DNA from: Trichoplax sp. H2 | Lineage: Eukaryota | Assembly: GCA_003344405.1 (NCBI GenBank) | Contig: NOWV01000221.1 | Location: 62,001 to 111,596, forward strand | DNA: 49,596 bases | Reading direction: 5' to 3' | Shown: positions 38,559-47,891 of the stretch, in pieces | Position numbering within the stretch: position 1 is the stretch's first letter | Layout: the number at the start of each line of letters is the position of its first letter | Program-made: the position numbers and the translations under genes | The notes under the pieces: model-generated | Seen by the model: only the letters and a program-made list of their open reading frames with translations | Told to the model about the DNA's origin: nothing | Database searches by the model: none

Positions 38559-41276
38559 GTTTCCGATTATAACAGTGGTAGCTCTACACTACCATCTTGG
38601 CTATTATTTGATCAATCTGCAGGCCGATTTACTGGGTTTCCTACTAGTGGCGATGAAGGTAGCTATAGGTATCGTATCGTAGCTATCAGTATGCAAGGTA
38701 CAACCAATCAATTAACTGCTGAAACAGAAGTGACTATAATCGTTAGTAATGGTGCATTACCACTACGGAAAATAAGTTATATTGAACGTGAGAATAATGC
38801 GTGTCCTAGAAGTGAAAAGGTTCGCGTTGTCAATATCGTATTACAAATGAATGTACCTGGTTTAACTGGGCAAGCACGAATATCTTTAATAGAAAAATTA
38901 GCATCGAGATACCAACTTCATCGCAGTAGAGTTTATTTACATCATGGCGACAAGGGGGTGCCGATAATTGGCCAGAGCTATATTGAAGCTAGTACATCTG
39001 GCTCAAGTAATACACTTAAAGGTACCGTAAGTTGGGTTATAGGTTGTGAAAACGTCATGACTGGATCACAATATGGAATCACCATTAGAAAACATATAGC
39101 CGATGGTACGTTTAGTCAAACTGTTGGTAATTCCATTGTTGGGTATAATTTCGTACTGGGAGTGCCTGTTGAAGATGCAGTAAGTGCAACTGCGTCATCC
39201 GGCAGTAGCTCATCTACAACGACGATTAGCTATAGCTTACGCGCAACACCATTAGTAACTGTTGGATTGCCTTCTAGCTCTGCTGTTAAAAGTAGTTATA
39301 TGCTTACTCCGGTTCCTAGTCAATCTTTACCAAAGGCCAGCAGTATCGTAACAAGTAGTGTTACAATTACAACTTCTGTAAATCAACAAATAACAGCCAC
39401 ACCGACGTCTCCAACGACTGATGTATCTATTGCACCAACAACTACAACACAAGAAAAACCAAAAGTTGATAATCCAATTGGTACAATCGTACTAAGAGCA
39501 GGCTTTATTTACCGATTTTCAATACCAGTTAATACTTTTTCTGACAAGGAAGATGGGAATACACGACAACTATCTTTAAATTTATTTTATGCTAATAATT
39601 CTGCTGTATCTCAGTGGTCTTGGTTGCAACTCGATAAAATAAGGCAACAACTGTATGGGCTACCAATGACTAGTAATGTTGGTAGACATCTATATCAATT
39701 AGAAGCTAGTGATTCACATAACCAAATGGTTAGGGACCCGATCGAAGTTACAGTACAACGAACTGAACCTCCTAAGCTAATTCTGCAGTTATTATTAGAA
39801 GTAACTTACGATCGCTTTGCCACCGATTTAGCCCTAAGGATTGCAGTGATGGAGGATATTAGCCGCATTGTAGGAGATAGGAATGTTATGCTACAACTGG
39901 ATGACTTCCGTTACGATGGCTTTCGTAGCACTAGGGTTCGCTATTCTAATTACACTTTAAATGCAAAAGCGTGTGACGTAAATGCTTACTCTTCAATCAT
40001 CCGTAAAATAGAAAGTATAAAAAGTGTTTCCAGTATTGAAGTCTATAGAGCATTAGGTGTTATCAATTGTGTACCAGAAACTTCGGCTACGCCAACAGTT
40101 GTTACTGATCGTCAACCCACTGCAACATCTTTGCCAACAAATAAGCCTCCCGTAGTCATGCAGAGTCTTGGTCAACTTGATGCGTACGCTGGGCGAATTT
40201 TTGAATTTCAAATCCCTGCTGATGTATTTCTCGATGCCGAAGATGGAAATACAAGAAATCTATCGCTAGCGCTATTGACAGAGAATGCCATTGCTGTTAA
40301 ATCTTGGATAACTTTAAGAGGCAATCGATTGATTGGCCTTCCCTTAGAAGGAGATACAGGAATTAAACGCTTCCTCTTACGTGCCACTGACAGCCGTAAT
40401 GCGATAGGTTATGATTCATTTAATATTAAAGTTAATCCTCTACCTCAACAATATAACTATATTATGTCGATGTTGTTGGATTTAAATTACGACGTTTTTA
40501 TGGCAAATTTAACAAGACGTATTAATCTGGTAACCGAGATTGCAAAGTCTTTTCAGGAAAGTATCGTAAAAAATCTTTGCTTACGATCTATCACTAGTGG
40601 CTCAGTAAATATTTCTTGGACAAACGTCGCCCTGGATGCATTGCCTTGCAATGCAAGCATTTATGAAAGTCTTTCACGGAATTTGAGCAGTCTTCGTAGT
40701 AATCCAGTCTTTAATACAGGAGCATATCCTGTAACAGGAAATAATATTAAGCCATCTGCTGAATGTTCTGCAGTTGTTACAGTTACTGTTCCTACTGTAC
40801 AACCGTCTGTTAATTGGATCGGCACTGTTCTACCTGCAACTTTATCAGCGTGCTTATTTATTATTTTGATATTGATCATATTCTTTATGTATAGAAATGG
40901 TAAACTCTTTGGTAATAAAAGAAATAAGAGTGAAAAAGCTTTGAAAGCATCTGGAGGTAAAGCATTCCTGCGTAAAAATCGTCCTGTCATAATGGATGCG
41001 GAAGCTGATGATAAACCGAATATCGTATGCAATCCAATAATGGCCACAGCGGAAAAGCCACCGCAGGATCCACCAATATATTCCATCAACACGCAAGATT
41101 TACATTCAGATACAGGGTCTAGTAGCTCTTTGCCGAACACGGGGAAAATAGTACGAGATGATGATGATGCTGACGATATTCCCGATCGTCATAATAAATC
41201 TATGGGAACTAATCTTAATAGTATATTGTTAATGGAAGACTTTAATCCTGATTCTCCAAAACCGCCACAATATTAG
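38559..41276 (+). CDS. DAG1: Dystroglycan, coding exon 2 (total protein 968 aa)
   Basis: The exon begins VSDYNSGSSTLPSWLLFDQSAGRFTGFP (cf. vertebrate VSAAGKEALPSWLHWD...LEGLP). It then encodes a Cys-containing S6-like domain, a Ser/Thr/Pro mucin-like tract (about 39180-39450) and two CADG domains (TFSDKEDGNTRQLSL; VFLDAEDGNTRNLSL), each followed by an SEA-like domain. The ITSG|SVNISWTN maturation site is at 40599-40604 and a TM helix at about 40815-40892. The tail has a basic juxtamembrane segment, FLRKNRPVIMDAE (cf. FIKKGVPIIFADE), and PPxY motifs. Confidence 0.95.
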   Translation, partial: VSDYNSGSSTLPSWLLFDQSAGRFTGFPTSGDEGSYRYRIVAISMQGTTNQLTAETEVTIIVSNGALPLRKISYIERENNACPRSEKVRVVNIVLQMNVPGLTGQARISLIEKLASRYQLHRSRVYLHHGDKGVPIIGQSYIEASTSGSSNTLKGTVSWVIGCENVMTGSQYGITIRKHIADGTFSQTVGNSIVGYNFVLGVPVEDAVSATASSGSSSSTTTISYSLRATPLVTVGLPSSSAVKSSYMLTPVPSQSLPKASSIVTSSVTITTSVNQQITATPTSPTTDVSIAPTTTTQEKPKVDNPIGTIVLRAGFIYRFSIPVNTFSDKEDGNTRQLSLNLFYANNSAVSQWSWLQLDKIRQQLYGLPMTSNVGRHLYQLEASDSHNQMVRDPIEVTVQRTEPPKLILQLLLEVTYDRFATDLALRIAVMEDISRIVGDRNVMLQLDDFRYDGFRSTRVRYSNYTLNAKACDVNAYSSIIRKIESIKSVSSIEVYRALGVINCVPETSATPTVVTDRQPTATSLPTNKPPVVMQSLGQLDAYAGRIFEFQIPADVFLDAEDGNTRNLSLALLTENAIAVKSWITLRGNRLIGLPLEGDTGIKRFLLRATDSRNAIGYDSFNIKVNPLPQQYNYIMSMLLDLNYDVFMANLTRRINLVTEIAKSFQESIVKNLCLRSITSGSVNISWTNVALDALPCNASIYESLSRNLSSLRSNPVFNTGAYPVTGNNIKPSAECSAVVTVTVPTVQPSVNWIGTVLPATLSACLFIILILIIFFMYRNGKLFGNKRNKSEKALKASGGKAFLRKNRPVIMDAEADDKPNIVCNPIMATAEKPPQDPPIYSINTQDLHSDTGSSSSLPNTGKIVRDDDDADDIPDRHNKSMGTNLNSILLMEDFNPDSPKPPQY

Positions 41277-42918
41277 CTTTAAAAATATAATGGCATTATT
41301 TGGTATAGCTAGTGAATGTCGTCGATCAATCAATAAGATTGATTGTTGCTATCAAGTTGTTCAATAACGTTATCGTACGACTGAAGCTTGCACTTATTTG
41401 TATCATGCGGTATATATATAGGTTTAAAGTATTCTTATCATATGATTTAGATACTGTATATCGACAATATCAAAGTAAATAGTATATAATATGCTTTGGT
41501 TACGCTCTAATTGTGTTAGCGTTGATGCCCTAAATAGTAGCAATTACCGTAAGTTATCATTCTTGATGGAATCATTGCATTTACTATAATAATTAATAAT
41601 TAATCATTGTATCTCATGAATTAATACCATCCAATTGTTCTTGCTATTAGTTTCTGCATGGTTAGATGTTACTGTAATGTATAAAAATGTTATTGTGAAC
41701 GCAAAGCATAGATATAATCTGTGAATTATTGGAGATATATACTAGTTATTGGTGACACAGGATTGAGAAATAGATTATGATGGAATAGCTAGCAAAATGT
41801 AAGAAGTATAACGTTAATGATTAAGTATTGTCAAAGAATGACCGCTTGCAGTGTCAGCTGCTGGACTGAGTTACTTATCGATGTGTATGTCTTGACTGAG
41901 TTGCTCTTACAATTAATTCTATCTGTTCTCTTCCTTTATTCACACCTATTACTCGTGAAGTAAATGTATGCGCAATACGATGTTGCTTACGTACATGCTT
42001 TAATGGAGTATTTAAGGAAAGATTTTAGCTGTATCATGTTTGATAAAATTTTGACCAGTTTGGTTGCAGAGTTTTTTATTGTTGTAAGGGCCATCTACGT
42101 GTATATCTGACTAGTACGTTTTTATGTTACCCCTTTTGCAATCTGATAAAAATTATTTCATATATTATACTGCGTAAAGTCCATCTGTACTCGTATATGT
42201 ATTGTGATTGCCTTCTAACAGACATGCTTAAAGTTTCAATCGTATTATTGGAATAGCTTTACTACAGTTTTGTTCTCCATCCAAAATAATTATCGATTTT
42301 ATAATAATAATAAAATTTACTTTTACTTATTCTTAGTGTGAACGTGCTTCATTCTGATTGCGTCTAGTCTATAGTGATTACGTTGCCTATAATTTCAAGG
42401 CTCACGGTAGAAAATTGAATGCTAGGTAGTATTCTGTTTGCTACCGCAACAACTACAATGGTACTACATTAGTTACAGATTGTTATCTCGAATAGTACAG
42501 CAGGCTAACAATAATCAAATATTTTGTTGAAATTATTAGCCTTACAACTAAATAGACGTGGCATTTTAGAGTAATTTTTACATAGTTGCTTTATCAACAG
42601 GAATATCACACAAACCAATACTTCATTGGACTACAGCATTTTTCAATTAATTATATCTACTTGACTATAATAAAATTTATGATACAAGTGAAAAATGCAG
42701 TCCAAAATAGGGGAAAAAACAACGCCAAATACACTTAGTTATATCTTTTGTAAACAATACATCACAAGAAAACATTTTGTAAAAAATACTTTTTTCTCTG
42801 GAATAATAAAGTCAATTATAAGTAAGTTAAAGAAGAAAAAAGATAAAACGGTTTATTTCTGTAAATTATATAATTATGCATTATACGTATATACATAGAT
42901 ATAATTATATCTGATGTA

Positions 42919-44466
42919 TTATAGGACATCAAAGAAAATCTCTTTAATTAACGTCCAACTTTTAGCGTCTTGCAAGATATCAATTCGAAACGCGGCAATA
43001 GCATAGGTGATTTTGTGAGCGATAAATTGAAATTGAATCGACCCATGAACAAAATCTGAAACAGTCTGATAATTTTCGATTTTATCTTCTCGGCCAGCTT
43101 TGAGTATTGATGCTTTTGCATTTGTTAGTAAATCTGAAGGATGTTGATAGTTACCGGAATCAATAGTAACTGTTTTAAGCTTGACAGGTGGATTAAAGTG
43201 AAATTTCATGTAATCACCTTTAATCGGTTTGATACCCCAAAAATAGGATAAGCCGTTGTAAGCTTGTTCTAGTGTATGTTTATCACTAGCCTTGATGGAC
43301 GTAGTCATATTAGCTGTTGGATTATTTTGATGAGGAATGAATAAATTCTTTTTTTGAGAGTGGACAAAATTTTTCTCCTTCAAGCGTTGTATCTTACCAG
43401 TCAAGGATGAGTACTTGCCAACATGTTGAAATAAAGCTGGTCGATAATGTTTAACTAAGGCATTTCGTTCACGATGGCAAATTTGCTTTCTTAAATTGAA
43501 AGAACAACCAGTCATACAGTATATAGCATGATCAAGCAGCCAATCGCAAGGTTTAAATCTGTAAAATAGGTATAAAAAATTGACAAAAAATGGAAGATCA
43601 GACGTTTTGAAACATTTCCCAATAAAACCTAATTGGGAAAACCAAATTAGGAACCATTCAGGATTTTGCATGTGGATATAATTCCTCATTGAAGTGATAA
43701 AGTTATCGGCAGCTATAATATCATCTTCCAGTTGAACGTAATACTTGCCTCGACTTGTAGCATACATCATTAGATAGGCAAAATCTAAGTTTTGCTTACT
43801 ACGCCAATTAAATTGAGCACGTTTATCTCCAAGATTAGCAGGAATTTTGTCGAAATCAGGATAATAGCAGGCTGGTGGAGCGATAATATCAATTAATCCA
43901 GTCTGTATATGAGAATCGAAAGCAGTTGATAATTCAGTAGCAAGCTGTTTTCTGTCCTCATTATTCCTTTCACCAATATAAATAACAATTACGGTGTCAT
44001 CAAGATCACTTGGCGACGTACTACTTATAATCGATTTGATAGTTTGATAGATATAACTTTCTTTTTTACGTTTGACAGTTGGAACACCTAGAATGAATGA
44101 AGCCTGGCGTCGATGACCACTGGATATGTGGACTACAGGCTCTCTACATTCTCTTTTTGCAATTTGTGGTAAAATATGCAGCACCGATGGCAGTTGAAGA
44201 AGAGAATGAAAAACCATAAAATCGTCGGTATTTTCCGAAGATCTATTCTTGACGTTTAAGGTTTTATTTCGAAGCATGCCTATCGCTAAATTGACTTCTT
44301 GATTGGATGGTAACAGACCACCTTGATTGGAGTATAATTTATCATTATCGGAGCTATTTGAACAGTACATCCATTTGAAAAGCCAACTTCGGTAAAGAAG
44401 GAGAGTTAAAATTACAACGATAATAATTGCGTATTTCTTACGTCGAATTAAGTAGTTGAGGACCAT
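42919..44466 (-). CDS. MGAT4: Alpha-1,3-mannosyl-glycoprotein 4-beta-N-acetylglucosaminyltransferase (GnT-IV, CAZy GT54), MGAT4A/B-like; single coding exon, 515 aa
   Basis: Type II membrane topology (RRKK then YAIIIVVILTLLLY). GT54 motifs: GVPTVKR..SY, GD....WRSKQNLDFAYLMMYA, YYVQLEDD, FSQLGFIGK, KP.DWLLDH, LFQHVG..SSL.GKIQ.LK. The C-terminal lectin-like domain has HTLEQAY....FWG..P..GD and SGN..HPSD. Confidence 0.95.
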   Translation of the reverse strand: MVLNYLIRRKKYAIIIVVILTLLLYRSWLFKWMYCSNSSDNDKLYSNQGGLLPSNQEVNLAIGMLRNKTLNVKNRSSENTDDFMVFHSLLQLPSVLHILPQIAKRECREPVVHISSGHRRQASFILGVPTVKRKKESYIYQTIKSIISSTSPSDLDDTVIVIYIGERNNEDRKQLATELSTAFDSHIQTGLIDIIAPPACYYPDFDKIPANLGDKRAQFNWRSKQNLDFAYLMMYATSRGKYYVQLEDDIIAADNFITSMRNYIHMQNPEWFLIWFSQLGFIGKCFKTSDLPFFVNFLYLFYRFKPCDWLLDHAIYCMTGCSFNLRKQICHRERNALVKHYRPALFQHVGKYSSLTGKIQRLKEKNFVHSQKKNLFIPHQNNPTANMTTSIKASDKHTLEQAYNGLSYFWGIKPIKGDYMKFHFNPPVKLKTVTIDSGNYQHPSDLLTNAKASILKAGREDKIENYQTVSDFVHGSIQFQFIAHKITYAIAAFRIDILQDAKSWTLIKEIFFDVL

Positions 44467-45599
44467 TTTTACAGCATTCTTCCAGTCAGTTAACGTCTTT
44501 TAATGTCCTTTTTGGATTGGGGTTACAATATCGATAAGATCTAAGATATTAGGTCTGTCAATTGTTACGACTGCAGTATCAAAGTGTAGTCCACACGTCT
44601 CTTTTTATGATTACAGCACTCTCCACCGTACAGAGATGATGTATAATGAAAGGGGGTCGATGTACGCGTCAATATTAATAATCTTTCAAACAAATAGAAC
44701 AATCTTTGAAAGATGGAGGACTCTATTTTAAGGGTATAATTTTCTTCTTCAAAAAATATTGCGTCGGTTAATCAGTGTGTAGTTGAAGTAATTTTTAAAA
44801 GAACGATGATTACTATGGATTATAATGATGATGGATTGAAGAAGGAGTTATTCTATCCTTTCTACAACAAAAATGATCGGCTAATGTCTTACTACGGTGT
44901 TAATCCTGATTGTTATTGTACAGTACAGTATTTGGATGATAAAAGTTAGCCAACCATGCACCACGATGTCGATAATCCTTTCCAATTTGAATACTGTCCT
45001 TCTTGATCGTGCTACTATGAATAGTATTGTTCAAGAGTCATTCTAGTTTCCTCGTTAAAGTAAAGAACATGAAATTGTCTTTCAACAAGTCCACAGCGCA
45101 AGAATCCGAATCAAGGTCGGTATCGATCGATTGAAAGCCTTCACTTTGTAATCGCCATGGGGCAAAATTGGTATAAGAAGGCTAATTGAATAATTAATTA
45201 ATGGAAGTACTGTAGGTTGCAGTCCAACTCGTCTACTATCTCTATCGAAATTGCTTATAAAACAGTATCAATTAAGCTGGATCCGATAATTTCAGTACCG
45301 TCAAGAAGCGCAAAGTAAGAAATCAGGCTATGCCAACACTTTTCAGACTAAAAGATCGCTAAGACGAGAATCAGCCAAGCCAACGAACTGCTTGATCTTT
45401 CCGATCATGAATCACCCACATGTGACCATGAACGACAGTCTACTTTGGACAAAAAGGACTGTAACTTTGTTGACCAATCAATACGTAGTCCAAAGCAGCA
45501 AGTATCGATATCAATTGATCTACCATGCAATTATGAATTCTGCCCAAGTCTAGGTGTTAATTTGCAATAGTTTGCAAAGAGTTGTCTTGCACTACAGAG

Positions 45600-45860
45600 T
45601 GGCTCATTTCGTCGATGCGTAGACTGGTACCGCGTTGAGGATAGACTACTAATCGAATCGACCAAGGCACCAGTTGGCAGTCTGGTACGGACGGACCGCT
45701 GGCTATACAGTTTGCTACCCTTATGTTGACTTGGCGTTGGGGATGGTATGAACTAGACCTGACACGGACAGCCGTTCCAACACTGGGTACGGCACATTAC
45801 CAGCAATAGCGTGGAATGGGCCCACGTCTCGGACGGTCGTACATCTGGACCTCCATCTTG
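45600..45860 (-). promoter_or_regulatory. Candidate promoter/first non-coding exon region of the MGAT4-like gene
   Basis: A locally GC/CpG-rich island about 1.1-1.4 kb upstream of the MGAT4 ATG. It ends sharply at a minus-strand CAAGATGGAGG (45850-45860), one mismatch from the YY1 motif CAAGATGGCGG. There is no transcript evidence. Confidence 0.3.
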
Positions 45861-46877
45861 TTTAATATACTTTCGTCATTTAGTTATTTTTTCTAGTAAA
45901 TAAATAAATGAAATCAATCCCAATCTAATTGATTACTGTATGTTCTGCTTGAAAGTCGACGTAGAATATCGTCCATGTTTTTAAATGAGCAGTAGTGATT
46001 GATGCAAAAACAGATACAGAAGATCTATGCTAAGCACTGTAAATCATTTTCGACCCTAGAGCACTATCAATGCAAAACCTCCATGTTACGACATTTTCCT
46101 ACGTCAATGAATTAATAATGAATTCATTTTACAGTACTGCCTTACTCTCTACACATACAGTATATGCTGTGCTGTATAACATATATGTTATATACTATAC
46201 ATACAGCATTTTACGCGTTTGGAGATGTGGAAAAATCTGTCCGTCTGAGGAGGAATGTTTTGTCTTACTAGGCAACTGTAAAATGAAGAAGAAATTGCTT
46301 TCTTTTTTTCATCATGGTGACAGTATATACGAGTATATAAAAAAATGGGATGAGTACGATGGAGCGAGTATTGGGTGAGTTTGTATTATTTTGGATATGC
46401 AAGAGGGTTGAGTAGTCTCCGCCATGGTGCTATCATGTGTGGTTGCTGTGCTGAAAACCCCTCTATTAGAATTAGAATTATTGTAAAATGGAAATTATTC
46501 AAATTCAAATTAGTAACCAAAAGGGGATGACTACAGTAATTTCAAATGATTAGCGGAGTGAGCTAGTCTGCGATACAGGGCTACATTAGAATACGCTTTT
46601 TCCCTACCCATGAGGTCTTTAGAGCAGGAACAATACTTCTTGGTAAACTCATCTTTGAGAGCAATATGGGACTGGAATAGAAAGGAAAATAATGCAAATG
46701 GGGTTCAAACCGTTCAACGAGCATTTTGTCTGCAATTTAGCCAACGCTTTTCCGCGACATTGCAATCTACCGCATTTCGACTTGACAATAGCTATTTCTG
46801 TCCATATAGTCTGTCCATTTTCCTCCACCTGATACTACTACAGTAGTACAATACTGTACTTCTGGATGAATTCTTGA

Positions 46878-46959
46878 CTACAGTACTGTACTGTACAGTA
46901 CTGTACTGTACAGTATCTCATACTGTACTGGTGTACTGTAGTACAGTACAGTACTGTAG
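46878..46959. repeat. (TACTG/CAGTA)n quasi-palindromic microsatellite foldback
   Basis: The outer 19 nt (CTACAGTACTGTACTGTAC) are the exact reverse complement of the last 19 nt. The inner GTACAGTAT-ctc-ATACTGTAC also pairs. Confidence 0.85.
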
Positions 46960-47891
46960 GGGCCGCTGAGATCGATTGATTGTAACGACTGTAGAAGAGG
47001 ACCTCAACGGATCACTTTAGGACGGACAGACTTTTCCCGCCTCATTTCATTCAAATAGTGTTTCAAAGACTTGGTTATGACGGTACTTTAGCATGCAGAC
47101 GATGGATTTAAAATGGACTGATTTTGGGGAAATTAAGTAATACTGTATTACTGTAAGTTGAATCTTGATCATCTGTTACTAAATTCTGCTTGAAAGCAGT
47201 TTTATGAGATGGTCAATGTTATTGAAATGAGAACCATTGATTTAAAAAAACAGAGACAAAAGGACAATACGAAGTAGCCATTTTTCGATATTGAACGTCT
47301 TATTCGGTCAGAAAAGTCCCTCTGTCTGAGGGAATGATCAGTCCAGGTCTTCTTCTCGGTTTTAGATGGACAGAACAGTTCAAATGGCTGGAGAAATAGT
47401 CAGCCTGCACACATTTTTGGGCAACAAAAGTCGATGACAGTCTCTCTCTCGTTCTTTCAATCAACTACTACAGTACTGTAGTTTACAATAGCAGTCCCTG
47501 CTAGCTCTGTTGACGGTCCATACTGTTATACTAAATATGGAAGGTCGCAAAGTATCGCATTTGTCTGTACCTGCATGACTGTGGACTGTACAGTATGTCA
47601 GAAAGGTCTGCTGTCTGCTGTTGAATAACTCATTCACTTAATGAGTCCACGATCGCAGAGGCGTGGCGAGCCGTCTAAAATGCTTTGAAAGATATGTTGG
47701 CTTAAATTCAATTCAATTATGTCTAGCAATTTTGAAGAAATTGACTTTCAATTTGGCTGCAATTCCATGGAAACGAATCAGTACAATCTTGAGCAATTGA
47801 CTCTTGATATTTATTTCCAATTACTTTTGATGGTAGTATTGAATCATTCGATTTCTTTCAACTTTCTACTACAAACTACCAATCGTTCTTT

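Noticed and set aside
40661..41140. 159-aa and 80-aa minus-strand ORFs
   Set aside because: They are antisense shadows of the dystroglycan CDS.
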